From: the human T2T-CHM13v2.0 reference genome, Homo sapiens
Assembly: GCF_009914755.1 (NCBI RefSeq)
Contig: NC_060940.1
Reading direction: 5' to 3' (one strand)
Length of the DNA stretch: 64,000 bases
Shown here: positions 1-26,981 of the stretch, one piece after another
How the letters are laid out: every line of letters starts with the position of its first letter
How positions within the stretch are numbered: the first letter of the stretch is position 1
The notes under the pieces: generated by a model
The model's input: only the letters and a program-made list of their open reading frames with translations
Told to the model about the DNA's origin: nothing
Databases searched by the model: none
Made by a program: the position numbers and the translations under genes

Positions 1-569
1 GTGTGAGGCTCTTCACCAACGGGCCTTGCCCGCCCTGTGTTCTCCTCCTGCCCGCCCCCACACATGCCCTGTGCTCCAGCCACACCCAGCGCCTTGCAGT
101 CTAAGGAGAGCCCATGCCTTTGGACATGCTGTTCCTTCTGCCTGGAATTTCCTTGTCCGCCTGGTGAACTCCTCGTTCTGCAAGACTCCGCTCAAAACAG
201 CACCTTCGAGAAGACTGCCCTGCCCCTTCCCTGCCTTGCCCCATGTCCCCCTCCCTTGGGTCCCCAGAGCCACGCACATCCAGCCCTGCTTCCCACACAC
301 GGGGCCGTGCGTGCCTTTCTTCACCACTGAGCTCCTTCAAGGGCAGGGACTGTCTTTATCTTTGCATCCCCCGCTGCACCCTGTGCCTGCCCACTGGGCA
401 CTCGGTGGATGGTGTGCGGGCGGATGGGTGAGTGAGCGGACAAAGGTGGGTCTGAGGCTGGCCCTGTGTGGTGTGAGGTTTGGTGGTCAGGACCTGGGCG
501 GGTGGTCCTGAGTGCTGGCCCGTGTGCTTGAAAGGGTGTGGTGCTATTGGGTCCTACTGTGTTCCCCAG

Positions 570-1085
570 GTCCCGCAGCCCCCGGAAGCCAATAGACTCC
601 CTCAGGGACTCTCGGTCCCTCAGCTACTCGCCTGTGGAGCGTCGCCGTCCCTCGCCCCAGCCCTCACCACGGGACCAGCAGAGGTAAGGCCAACTGCAGG
701 TGTCAGCACCCAGCCTGTCTGGCCGCCACTGCTTTCTACAAAGAAGAAAGCTTTGCGGTTGTGGCTATGTGGTGCCTGAGGTGGTGCCACCCTGTGGCCT
801 GATGTCTGTCCTGTGTTGCAGCAGCAGCAGTGAGCGGGGTTCCCGGAGAGGCCAGCGTGGGGACAGCCGCTCCCCCAGCCACAAGCGCAGGAGGGAGACA
901 CCTAGCCCTCGGCCCATGAGACACCGCTCCTCCAGGTGCGTGTCCTGGAAGGCTGATGCCCCCTTCCGGGAGCCAGTTGTGGTGGTGGGTGGCGGCCCCA
1001 TTTTGGGAGTGGCCCAGAAACTGGCCTTGAGGGCTGGGGTGGGAACTCCCTGTTGACCCATATCTTCTCTTGCAGGTCTCCATAA
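570..1085 (+). CDS. SRRM2: SRRM2 (SRm300) last three coding exons; gene begins upstream of window
   Basis: Exons 570-683, 822-935 and 1076-1085 (TAA 1083-1085), all AG/GT bounded. Spliced translation RSRSPRKPIDSLRDSRSLSYSPVERRRPSPQPSPRDQQSSSSERGSRRGQRGDSRSPSHKRRRETPSPRPMRHRSSRSP* is the SRRM2 C-terminus. Confidence 0.96.
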
Positions 1086-1607
1086 ATTGTCTTTGGGGGA
1101 TTCCACCACACCCAATGCTCTGGAGCCACAAGGAGTGTCCCTTCTTCCCCAGCAGAGCCGTGGGAGGGTCCTTGTCTGCTCTCCTTTGAACCTTGGCAGC
1201 CCTTGGATGGAGGGCTCCCTTTCCCTCCCCTTTTTTTTTTCTTTGTTCCTGTGAAATGTTAATCTCCGTGAGTTCTTCCTGGTTCATGTGTTCTGGGGGG
1301 TTTGGGGTGGGAGGGAATGCAGATGGGAGTTGGGGGAGGGGAGGATACAGTTCAGGATACCCCAGCCTGGAGTCAGGGCCAGGGAGGCATGGCCCCACTT
1401 GTATCCAGAAGTTCCCAGGGGTGATTGTGATGGTGGTTGGGACTGGAGGTTGTATAAGGTGTTCTTGGAAGGAAGGGGCAGGAGTTGGAATTAGTTGGTC
1501 CCTACTGTCCCCCATGAGGTTGTGAACCCCTCCCCCCAACTTTTCATGTTTCTTAAAGGCATTTTGGTTTTTTAAAATCTGTACAGCAAGAGCAACTTTT
1601 TCTGTCA

Positions 1608-1613
1608 AATAAA
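1608..1613 (+). terminator. SRRM2 polyadenylation signal
   Basis: AATAAA about 520 nt after the SRRM2 stop, followed by GT-rich sequence. Confidence 0.85.
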
Positions 1614-1689
1614 AATGAGAAATGCAGGAACTGGGTCTGTAGACTGTTTATTAAAGGTGTGTTAAGGGGGCAGCCACTTCCCTCCGTGA

Positions 1690-1822
1690 TTACAGCCCCC
1701 AGCGTGGGTGGACCTGTGTGGGTCCGTCTTGGGGTTCCCTCGTTGAACATGCTGTCAAACCAGGACACTGGCTCCAGCTTGTGTTTCTGTTCTTGGCCAT
1801 CGTCTGGGAGTGGACATGCAGG
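1690..1822 (-). CDS. ELOB: ELOB alternative terminal exon (161 aa long isoform)
   Basis: Donor CA|GTGAGA at 2211/2210 joins acceptor catag|C at 1822 and adds HLHVHSQTMAK...VHPRWGL*. Total CDS 486 nt. AATAAA on minus at 1652-1647. Confidence 0.88.
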
Positions 1823-2206
1823 CTATGGGGGTGGGGGGCACTTAGAAGGAGAAAGGCCTAAAACTGGAATCTCTTGTCCCTGAGGCTGGCTCTGGTCTTT
1901 GTGTCTCTCCCAGTCCTTCCCTTTCCTCCCCCTGGCGTGGTTGGTGTGGCTGGCTAGCTGCTAACAATGGCTTGGGTCTCAGGGCAACCCAGGTCCCCAT
2001 GGTGCCTTTAAGCAGCAGGCTGGGCCAAGTTCTCAGCCAGGGTCTCAGGATCTGGGAGACAGGACAGCACAGGAACTGCCAAGCACAAGCCCCAAAAGGA
2101 GCCCACAGGGAGTGGGACCCATCCCAGGGAGGGGCGGGAAAAAGAGGCAGCAACCAGGCAGACTCCCAAATCTCTTTTATTGGGGGAAATGGGCCTCTTG
2201 GGGGTC

Positions 2207-8000
<5,794 letters not shown>

Positions 8001-9269
8001 CTCTTCGCAGGAGGAGGGAAGGGGCAGCTCCTTGCCCCAGGAGCCCTGGGCGCCTGTCCGCCTTCCTGCTTGGCTGCATTTCGGCTCTGAAAAGGCCTAG
8101 AGACTTGATTCTCCTGGCTGGCCGCTCTTTCCACCAAGGCCCTGTTTCCTGAATGCTGGACACTATCCTGCATCGCCCCAAGTTACATTTACATGAGAGT
8201 GAGGGCCCCCCACTTGACCTCTCCCTTGCAGAGACACCCCAGGCTGGGTCGTGCTGGGCGGGTGTCGGAGGCGGCGTTGGAGAGATGAGCCAGAGGGTGG
8301 CCCTGGACGCCAAACCGCCCTGCAGTCCTCCGAGCTGCGCTTTGAGGGCTGTTGAGAGAGGGGTGGAAGGTGGAGGTGCGATTTTTGCCTCGGCATCTAG
8401 AGAGGCGAAGGAGCAGCCCTGGGCTCCGCTGCTGACTGTGGCCATGGGCCGTTAACCTCATCAAAGCCCAGTTTCCTCCTGTTGTAGATGGGAGAGGAAC
8501 AGTTTTTGAACTGCGTAGAACCTCGGCAAGTCTTAGCGCTGCATTTGTGTTTTCTAAGCTGTAATTCTAGTTATTGCTACTTTTGACTTGTGGAATGTGG
8601 CTCCTCCCTGGGGAGTCCTCCAAAGTCCCTTCCCTCGTGTGACTTCCTTCACTGCGGTTCACTGCAGCCCCTACCCCCGCTCCCAGGGTCCTCAGCATCG
8701 CAGTCCCTGCAGAACCTGTCTCTTCTTCATGACGTGAGTCATGAGGCATTGGACAGGTAATTGCTGGGAAGAGCTCTTGGCCAGGCTAAAATTTCTTTCT
8801 CAGTCGCAGTGTCTGGCTGGGGGCGGTGGCTCACGCCTGTAATCCCAGCACTTTGGGAGGCTGAAGGGGGTGGATCACTTGAGCCCAGAAGTTCAAGACC
8901 AGCTTGGCCAACAAGGTGAAACCCTGTCTGTACTAAAAATACAAACAAAATTAGGTGGGCACGGTGGCGCACGCCTGTGGTCCCAGCTGCTCGAGAGGCT
9001 GAGCCAGGAGGATTGCTTGAACCCGGAGGCGCAGGTTGCAGTGCGCCGAGATCGCGCCACTGCACATCGCCTGGCGACAGAGTGAGACTCTGTCTCCAAT
9101 TAATTAATCCCAGTGTCTTTACCTACATAGAACTGGCAACTTTAAATCCTGTGCTTCTGTGGAGGGAGAGCGAAGGAAGAGTGTGGACAGTGGGGGCCAG
9201 GAAGTTCTCAGGTAGCCCAGCAGGCCACGCAGAAGTCAAGGGGTGTGTAGGTACAGGAGGGGCCGTCTC

Positions 9270-14000
<4,731 letters not shown>

Positions 14001-14119
14001 CTGACCCCTCCTGGGCCGAGGGCCTGATACCAAGTGCCCAGCCTCTTGCAGTATGTGGGGAGGTGGCCGCGCTGGCCAGCCCACCTTTCCCACTGGGACA
14101 CCTTCATCACAGTGGGGCA

Positions 14120-14480
14120 AAATCTATATTAGTTTTTATTGCTGTATAACAAGTCAGCACAAATGGAGCAGCTTAAAGCACACATTTATTAAGTCACAAC
14201 TTTGTAGGTCAGGAGTGGCTCAGCTAGGTTCTCTGCTTAGGGTCTCTTTAGGTTGAAATGAAGGGATTGGCCGGCGGGGCTCTTATCTGGAGGCTGGGGA
14301 AGAACTTACTTCCCAGCTCCTTCAGGGTGCTGCCAGAATCCAGTGCCTTGCGGCTGTGGGTCTGAGGGTTCCGATTCCCTGCCGGCTGTCTCTCAGCTCT
14401 TAGAGGCCGCTCATGGCTGTGGTCCCCGTGTCCTCAAAGCCAGCTATGGAGGATCTCCCTGGTGTCAAATCTCTGTCATG
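14120..14480 (-). mobile_element. MLT1-type MaLR LTR carrying PRSS33 poly(A) signal
   Basis: MLT1-like antisense start (TATATTAGTTT...TTGCTGTATAAC); AATAAA on minus at 14190-14185. Confidence 0.7.
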
Positions 14481-14858
14481 CTGTGAATCTGACTTTCTCC
14501 AGAAAAAGATGGGCACACAGGCCAGATGGGCAGCAATTGGTTTGCCCATCACTGCGTGCCTTGCGCCCAGCCCTGGCCAGGGCCAAGAAAAGTAAATACA
14601 AGCCAGGAAGGGAGTGGGGAGTGTGACTCCCTGGGACTCATGGCAGATTCCTGGATGAGGGTTGGTGGAGTCAGAGCTGGTGATCCCCAAAGAGGAGAGG
14701 AGGCAGGAGGTGGTGGGTGGGGGGTGGGGTGGCCTTTAGCTTTTTTAGGCATCTTGGCCTCGAGGCAGAAGGGATGTGGGGTATAGGCAGGTGCCTGGAT
14801 GAACCAGGAGGCTGAGGGACCCCAGCAGCTGGCTCCAGGTCAGCCTCACCGGCTAGCA

Positions 14859-16762
14859 TTAGAAGCTGACGCGAGCCTGAATCCAGGGGCTATATGTGGC
14901 CACACTGGTGTAGACCCCTGGACGGTTGGGCAGGGCACAACCCTTGCCCCAGCTCACCACGCCCACCAGGACCCAGCTCCCAGACTGCAGGCAGGTCAGA
15001 GGTCCCCCAGAATCACCCTGCAGGAGAAAGAGGAGCCTAAGTCCCAGCCCTCCCAGGACTTCAGTTCTCAGGGTTCCAGACCCCTGGCGTGGTGCCTCTA
15101 GGTTGGAGGCCAGGATCCTGAGCCTGAGTTGGGATGTCCTGGGTCCTGGAGTTCAGGGAGGGAGGGTGCTGGGCACAGGGAGGGGACTCCGGAGGCTGGG
15201 GAGGCTGGGTGCACACCTGGCAGGCGTCCTTGTGGCCCTGGGGGTAGCCGGCACACAGACTCCCAGGCAGCACAATGCGCTCAGCCTGGGGCACGTCCGC
15301 GCCCACGTGGTAGAGGCCGTCGCAGGTGCGCGAGTCCAGCAGCGGCACCCTTACTCCTTGTAGCGGTCGCCACTCTGGGAGGGGCACTGGGGGAAGAGGA
15401 GGGACCTCTGAGAGGAAGGCGTGGAGCGGGGGCCAGTGGGAGAAGCTGAGCTCTGAGTGAGAGGAGGTTTTGTTCCCTAGAAGCCGCGCTGGGTCCTGGA
15501 TTGGGGCAGTGAGGGGCTGGGATTTCCAGTCAGATGGAGGAGGACGTGGGGGCTCCCGGATGCCTCGGAGCCCCGCCCTCCTGCCTTACCTCCTGGGCGG
15601 AGGCTGCCCCAGCCGGTGACCCGGCATGGTGTGCCGGGCGGCGGGCGGGCGCCGGGCACGGGCAGGCAGACGGGTTGGACGCGAGCGCTCAGGGGCACCG
15701 GGCGACGCAGCTGCAGCAGTGCCAGGTCGCCGCGGGCCCCGTCCTCGGAGTAGTCCGGGGGCAGCAGCACCCGTCGCACGGGCACCGAGAGCGTGCGGGG
15801 CGAGGTGGAGCCCAGACGCAGCGCCCCCAGGCGCACGCGGTACTCAGCTGGCAGTGCCCTCCTGCAGGACAGGAGCGGGGGACTACTTCCAGCACCGGGT
15901 CCTCGACCCCCTCCAGCCCGCCTCGACCCCAACGCCTCTGCCAGGCCACGCCCGGTCCTCTGCGGGCCTTGCCTTCCTTGCACACCCCGCCTGGGCCCTC
16001 GGTGAGCGCTGACCTGGGGAAGCAGTGCGCCGCTGTCAGCACCCACTGGGGGGCGATGAGCGACCCCCCGCACACGTGTGCCCCACGATGCTGGATGCTC
16101 GCCTGCCACGGCCACTCTCCGTCCCGGCCATCCCGGCCCCCAACGATCCGACTGGACATGCGGGGCTGCCCGCAGGCTAGAAAAGGACCAGGGGCGGTGA
16201 GGGTTGGCTGAGGACCTGGGGCCTGGGAGGCAGGTGTTGGTGGGGAGACACGGGGCCGAGGTCCAGGAGGGGCTGACTCGGGTGGACTCCGAGGCTTCCT
16301 CACCTGCAGACTTCCTTCCCTGAGTCCCAGCAGCTCCTGGAGGAGGAAGCAGGGAAGGGACCAGATTATAGATTTGGTGTCAAATAACGGAGTTGGAGGG
16401 GAGGCCAGAGATGAGGAAGGAGGGTGAAACAATGTTGCCCTGACATTGCGCCAGGCTTTCGTGCCGTCTGTTATCTTATTTAACCCTCCCCAGAGCACTG
16501 TGAAGGTGCAGGGGGCAAGGGCGTATGAGCATGACACCGACAAGCACATCGAGGTGTGGTGAGGTCAAGGTCAGTGGCAGAGAGGATTGAGCCCTTGGAA
16601 TCAAGATTAGAAAGCCCAAGAGTGCTCCAGGGAGCCCGGCCCAGGGAGCAGTGAGATGGGAGAACTGGGAGCCAAGGTGTCTGCGGCCCTCACCCCCAGT
16701 CCCTGTCCCCACTCACCCAGCACCAGAAGGAGCAGGACCTGGAGACAGGAAACCCCTCTCAT
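14859..16762 (-). CDS. PRSS33: Serine protease 33 (EOS), 280 aa
   Basis: Coding exons 16762-16717, 16336-16304, 16176-16014, 15861-15590, 15386-15217 and 15017-14859 total 843 nt. [16 protein letters not shown] signal, R-IVGG, TAAHC, GDLALL, DACQGDSGGP. Confidence 0.97.
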
Positions 16763-17059
16763 TCTGTCTTCAAGGCTGGGCTGGGTAAGGGTGGCACTGC
16801 CTAGGGCTTGGACTCTGGTCTGGAGCCAGCAGGGAGAAGAGAGGAGAGTCCTGGCCCAGGGGCACCAATCCTCACACCAGCCCGTCACCCCCTCCGTGGT
16901 CCTTCTGTCTGTCCTCAGCTCCTGGTGGGTTCTGGACTTATCCTGGTGGCCCAGGCTGTATACCCTTCGTTCTGCCCAGGGCCCAGGTATGCAGCACCCA
17001 CCACCCAGATATTTGGGCATCCTTGGTCTCGACAGAAGCCCTGGAGCCTAACCCCCCTC

Positions 17060-18068
17060 GGTCATCCTCACTCCCTCCCTCATCCCCCTCCCCCATCCTC
17101 ACCCCCTCCCTCATCCTCACCCCCTCCCTCATCCTCACTCCCTCCTCCATCCTCACCCCCCTCCTCCTCACTCCCCTCCCTTATCCTCACCCCTTCCCTC
17201 ATCCTCATCCCTCTCTCATCCTCACCCCCTCCCTCATCCTCACCTCCTCCTCTATCCTCACCCCGTCCTCCATCGTCACCCCTGCTCCTCCTCACTCCCC
17301 TCCCTCATCCTCACCCCCTCCCTCATCCTCACCTCTCATCCTCACCCCTCTCTCATCCTCACCCCTCCCTCATCCTCACCCCTCCTCTATCCTCACCCCC
17401 TCCTCCATCCTCAGCCCCCTCCTCCTCACTCCCCTCCCTCATCCTCACCCCCTCCCTCATCCTCACCCCTGTCTCATCCTCACCCCCTCCCTCATCCTTC
17501 ACCCCCTCCCTCATCCTCACTCCTCTCTCATCACCCCTCCTCCATCCTTCACCCCCCCATCGTCACCCCCTCCCTCATCCTCACCCCCTTCCTCCTCACT
17601 CCCCTCCCTCATCCTCACCCCCTCCCCCATCCTTCACCCCTCCTCGTCCTCACCCTCATCCTCACCCCCTCCTCTATCCTCACCCCCTCCTCCATCCTCA
17701 GCCCCCTCCTCCTCACTCCCCTCCCTCATCCTCACCCCTGTCTCATCCTCACCCCCTCCCCCATCCTTCACCCCCTCCCTCATCCTTCACCCCCTCCCCC
17801 ATCCTTCACCCCCTCCCCCATCCTTCACCCCCTCCCTCATCCTTCACCCCCTCCCTCATCCTTCACCCCCTCCCTCATCCTCACTCCTCTCTCATCACCC
17901 CTCCTCCATCCTTCACCCCCCCATCGTCACCCCCTCCCTCATCCTCACCCCCTCCTCTATCCTCACCCCCTTCCTCCTCACTCCCCTCCCTCATCTTCAC
18001 CACTTCCCTCATCCTCACCCCCTCCCCCATCCTTCACCCCTCCTCGTCCTCACCCTCATCCTCACCCA
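17060..18068. repeat. C/T-rich minisatellite, ~18-19 bp unit CCTCACCCCCTCCCTCAT
   Basis: About 1 kb of degenerate tandem units, almost no G on the + strand. Confidence 0.95.
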
Positions 18069-18111
18069 CTGGCTGCCCCTGCAGCCCCCACAGCCCCTGG
18101 CTTGCTCTCAC

Positions 18112-18225
18112 CCTCACAGCCTGGCGCCTTCTGCTGACTGGGGTTGAGGGAGGGCCTGGGGGCTTAAAGTGCCAGGAGAGCGCGAGGCTCAGCCAAGGAG
18201 TAATGAACAGGGCCGGGGCGGGGCT
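18112..18225 (-). promoter_or_regulatory. Putative PRSS33 non-coding first exon/promoter
   Basis: Donor AGG|GTGAGA at 18112/18111; TTTAAG about 25-30 nt upstream of a plausible start; GC box about 18215; matching acceptor ctccag| at 16820/16819 upstream of the ATG. Confidence 0.5.
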
Positions 18226-18878
18226 GTGGCTTTACCGGACCAGCCTCAAACAAAGATGCTTTGAGCAGAGCTTCAGAGGTGGCAGGAAAGGGTCAATGGG
18301 TTTCTCAAAGGAAGCCTGCCTTGCGCCAAGGTACTAGAAGTGGGGGCTGGCGGAGAGCAGTGGTGCGGGTAGGTGCTGGGAGGGGTGGCAGTCAGGTGGG
18401 GAAGCTCTGCAGGATCCGGGGCAACTCCTCTCCAAACCTGACCTGGGCTCCCTGCAGAGCACACGTTGCTGGAGCTTCTGCGCTCCATTGTTCTGTCCAG
18501 AAATCCCATCTCAGACGGAAGTCCTGGCCAGACAGCTCCACCCAGAGACCCCAGCATGGCCAGCCCCCTTCCAGATCCGGGGTCTGGAGCAGCTGGAGGT
18601 GGAAAGGGACTGGTTCAAAGTTGGTGGCACTCCTTACTTGACCAGAGGCAGGGGGAGACTTGACCTTGGGGACCAGTGCAGTCTTTGGTTTGGGGTGGCC
18701 GAGACAGAGCAAGATGCTGGGGTCAGGGGACAGGAACTCCCCTTCTCTCGAGGCCCGTGGAGGACCGGGGCCCGGATGGTCCAGGGCCCTGTAGTTCCCT
18801 CTTGGGCTCATACACAGTGTTCGCTGCCTAGAAGTCTCTCAAGTCCCTCTCTGCATAGTGAACTCCTCTTATCCCTCA

Positions 18879-19376
<498 letters not shown>

Positions 19377-19610
19377 TCAAGTGATCCTGCCACCTCAGCT
19401 TCCCAAGTAGTTGGGACCACAGGTGCATGCCACAGCACCTAGCAATTTTTTTTTCCAGAGATGGGGTCTTGCAATGATGCCCAACTTGTTCTCGAACTCC
19501 TGGGCTCAAGAGATCCTCTTGCTGTAGTCTCCCAAAGTGCTGGGGTTATAGGCATGTGCCACCGAGGCCAGCCCATAGTTGTCCTTTGACAGGGACTTGA
19601 GGAGGTTTGA

Positions 19611-21250
<1,640 letters not shown>

Positions 21251-21906
21251 CATTCTCCAGTGGGCAGGACAGTGCCCAGCACAGAGCTGGCACTAAGGAT
21301 TTGGGAATAAGTGGCCAAGGCTGAGCAGGGCAGCAGACTGGGGATGAGGCTGAGGGACACAGAGGAGGGGGCTGGTGGGGACACAGACCCAGCATCTGGA
21401 TGCAACGTAGACAGAGGGTGGTCTTCAGGCCTGACCTCTGCTGTCCCCGTTTTAGGACCACCCTCAAGACCCGCTCTCTGCAACTGGGCTTTGGCGCCCC
21501 GGTCTCCAGCTCTGAGTCCTTGGGAGAGCTGTTGAAGCCTCACCTACCCTGCTTTCCTCATCTGCAAAATCCACCTGGTAGGTTGTGGTAAAGATTAATG
21601 GGGTTGACCATGCAGAGCTTGGCACAGTGACCAGCACTTGCCAAATACTAGGAAAGTCCTGCAAGAATAAAAGAAGTACACTCCCACCCTCCCTGAGCCT
21701 CCAGAATCTTCTGCTATACCAGGTCGGCTTGCCCTTAGAGGGCATAGTGGGGACAAGGCCAGGTGGGCAGTGTCCCTCTCTGTCATGGTTGGGTGCGGCT
21801 GGAGACCTGGACCAGTATGAGAGTGACAATGGACCCTCAGAATATGCAGCCATCCCGGGGGACTTGGCCAAGCACTGGGAGGGAAGCCAGCTAGGAGGAT
21901 GGACTC

Positions 21907-22042
21907 CCTGTTCAGTGGGAGCTGGGTCTCTGCCTCTTCAGCGGGAGCTGTGTCTCTCCCTGTTCAGCGGGAGCTGGATCTCTGCCTGTTCAGCGGGAGC
22001 TGGGTCTCTGCCTGTTCAGCGGGAGCTGGGTCTCTGCCTGTT
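21907..22042. repeat. 26-bp tandem repeat (CCTGTTCAGCGGGAGCTGGGTCTCTG), ~5 copies
   Basis: Unit starts at 21907, 21933, 21959, 21985, 22011 and 22037. Confidence 0.9.
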
Positions 22043-22429
22043 GCAATTTGGGGTGAAGGGGGAGGTTGGAGATCTGAGGACACCTGAGGGCTTGGGTTAA
22101 AGAAATGGATTCTCACGGCGAAATGGGCTTTTTTCAGGGGAGGGTCTGCAACTGGTTAAATATTGGACATCGGATCTTTGGGAGAGGAGGGAAAGAGCCC
22201 CCAGACCCAACCCCTGTCTCAGCTCCTATGTTGAGAAACTGAGGCACAGACCCTCAGGTAGACCCACCTCCCCTTCAGCACCACTCTTTTTTTTTCTTTT
22301 TTTTTTAGTGGTAAAAAACACACAATACAAATATACCATCTTGGCCGGGTGCGGTGGCTCACACCTGCAATCCCAGCACTTTGGGAGGCTGAGGAAGGTG
22401 GATCACCTGAGGTCAGGAGTTCAAGATCA

Positions 22430-22706
<277 letters not shown>

Positions 22707-23775
22707 TCAACTATATGCAGATTGCCGTAAAGAGATCTCTAGAGCATTTTCATCTTGCTTGACTGAAACTCTCTTCCTTGAACAATAGCTCTGTGTGTCC
22801 CTCTCCCCCAGCTCCTGGCAACCACCATTTTACTTGCTGCTTTGATGAGTTCGTTACTTTAAATACCTCATATAAGTGGAATTTTGCAGTATTTTTTGTT
22901 CTGTAACTAGCTTATTTCACTTAGCATAAGGTCCTCAAGATCCATCCGCGTTGTAGCATATGAAAGAATTTCATTCTTTTTTAAGGGTAAATAATATTCT
23001 GTCAGAAGTTCCTGACCAGCCTGGCCAATATGGTGAAACCCCATCTCTACTAAAAATACAAAAATTAGCTGGGTGTGGTGGCGCCCATCAGTCCCAGCTA
23101 CTCAGGAGGCTGAGGCAGGAGAATCGCTTGAACCTGGAGGTGGAGTTTGCAGTGAGCCGAGATGGTAACATTGCAGTCCAGCCTGGGCGACAGGAGCGAA
23201 ACTCCATCTCAAATCATCATAATAATAATGATAATAATAGGCTGGGCACGGTGGCTCACGCCTGTAATCTCAGCACTTTGGGAGGCCCAGGCAGGTGGAT
23301 CTCGAGGTCAGGAGATTGAGGCCATCCTGGCTAACACGGTGAAACCCTGTCTCTACTAAAAAAAAAAAATACAAAAATGTAGCCAGGTGTAGTGGCATGT
23401 GCCTGTAGTCTCAGCTACTCAGGAGGCTGAGGCAGGAGAATTGCTTGAACCCGAGAGGCGGAGGTTGCAGTGAGCTAAGACTGCGCCACTGCAATCCAGC
23501 CTGGGCAACAGAGCAAGACTCTGTCTGAAAATAACAATAATAATAATATTCTGTTGTATACGACATTTTCTTTATCCGTTTATCCGTTGATGGACATTTG
23601 GGTTGTTTTCATATCTTGGCTATTGTGAATAATGCTGCAATGAACATGAGTGTGCAAATATTTTTCTGAGATCCTGTTTTCGGTTCCTGGGGATATATAC
23701 CCAGAAGTGGACTGCTGGATCATATGGTAATTCTATTTTTAATTTTTCGAGGAAACTCCATACTGTTTGCCATAG

Positions 23776-24060
<285 letters not shown>

Positions 24061-24579
24061 TGAATTTGCAATTCTCTGACAATTAGTGATGCTGAGCATG
24101 TTTTCGTGTGCTTGTTAGCACATGTGTGTATCTTCTTTGGAGAAATGTCTGTCAAGTCCTTTGCCCATTTTTAAATTGGGTTATTTATTTGTTATTGGGC
24201 TGTAGTTCTTTATGTATTCTGGTTATCAGCCCTTTATCTGACATATGGTTTGCAATTTTTTTTCCTATTCCATATGTTGCCTTTTCACTCTGTGGATCAT
24301 TTCCTTTGCTGCACAGAAGTTTTTGTTTGATGTATTCCCACTTGTCTATTTCTGCTTTTGTTGCCTGTGCTTTTCACATCCGATCCAAGAAATCATTGCC
24401 CAATCCAATGTCCGGGAACTTTTCCCCTAGGTTTTCTTTCAGGAATTTTATTCACACACTGGGAATTTCTAGGAATTTTTCTTCTAGGAATTTTATGGCT
24501 TCAGGTCTCACGTTTAGTTCTTTAAGCCATTTTGAGTTGATTTTTGTATATGGTATAAGATAAGGGCCTATCTTTATTC

Positions 24580-25619
<1,040 letters not shown>

Positions 25620-25701
25620 GTTCTTTTGCATGTGAATAACCAGTTTTCCCAACACCACTTTGAAGAGATTATCCTTTCCCCATTGTGTAGATCAGTTGAC
25701 C

Positions 25702-25861
25702 ATGTATATATATATACATATATATACATATATGTATATACATATATATACACATATATATACATATATATATACACATATATATACACATATATATACA
25801 CATATATATACACATATATATACACATATATATACATATATATATACATATATATATATAT
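25702..25861. repeat. (TA/CA) compound microsatellite
   Basis: TATATACACATA-type units. Confidence 0.95.
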
Positions 25862-26675
25862 GAGGGTCTATTTCTGGGCTCTCTGTTCTGTTTTGTTAAC
25901 TTGTATGTCTGTCTTTATGCTAATACCATATTGTTTTGATTCCTGTGGCTTGGTAATAGTTTTTGAAATTGGGAAGTTTGAAGCCTCCAGTTTTGTTCCT
26001 TTTTCTTATAATGGTTTTGGTTATTTTGGGTCCTTTGACATTCCATATAAATTTTAGGATTTTTTTCTGTCTGAAAAATGCCATTGGGGTTTTGATAGAT
26101 ATTGCATTGAATCCACAAATTGCTTTGGGTACTATGGACGTTTTAACAACATTGTAATTGCCCAACAGTTTGTTCCTGACTGCTGCACAGACGAAACCAG
26201 TTCACTGAAAAGATGATGTTGCAGTAAAGAAAGAGTTTAATTGACCCTAGGCTAGCCACATGGGAGATGGAGTTATTACTCAAGTCAGCCTCCCCAAAGG
26301 CTTGGAGGTTAGGGTTTTTCAACGATAGTTTGATGGGCTGGGGGCCAGGGAATCGGTGCTGCTCTTTGGTTGGAGATGCCATCATAGGAGTGTAAAAACT
26401 TGTCCTGTGTGCTGAGTCCACCTTTGGGGGGGTTGGCAGCATCAGCTGAGCCATGAGTCATGAGTCTGGGTGGGGTCAGTCTGAAAAACATCTCAAAAAA
26501 CCAATCCTAGATTCTGCAAGAGTGATGTTATCTATAGAAGCAATTGCGGAAGTCACAACTCCTGTTACCTTTTGCCACGCCACTCCTGAGCAGTAAAAGG
26601 CATTATTGAAAATATGCCTACCTCATAGCAGAACTCAGGCCCTCCCGTCATCCTAATCTCATGGCTTTTCATTAG

Positions 26676-26870
26676 GTTTTTTTGTTGTTGTTGTTAGCAT
26701 TTAATGAACCTCCCTCCATGTGGCTTCCAGCCACCAGGACACAGGCCTCCGCAACCCCCTGCCTCCCAGACACCGTTAATCTTCTCCTCAGCTCTTTTGC
26801 TGAAGAATTTGGCTTTCATGGTGACACAATGCTTTGGGAGCTTTCCCTTTCCCAGAACCTTGCAGCAGCC
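26676..26870 (-). pseudogene. RPL27A terminal exon retrocopy with 3'UTR and poly(A)
   Basis: tctcttctag|[31 protein letters not shown] matches RPL27[32 protein letters not shown]; ATTAAA 26705-26700, then A-rich tail. Confidence 0.9.
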
Positions 26871-26981
26871 CTAGAAGAGAAGAGAAAAAAGTTTACAATA
26901 CACTGTGGTAGGTACCAACTGCTTGATGGGTATGAGGAAAGAGGGCTGCTAACCCACTTTCCAAAACCCCAGGCAGGGTAT

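Noticed and set aside
16808-18337. 509-aa and 374-aa Pro/Ser/His-rich ORFs
   Set aside because: Artefact of the G-poor minisatellite, which lacks stop codons; antisense to PRSS33; non-ATG starts
21790-21880. SEYAAIPGDLA resembling the catalytic Asp motif
   Set aside because: Only four matching residues and no exon context
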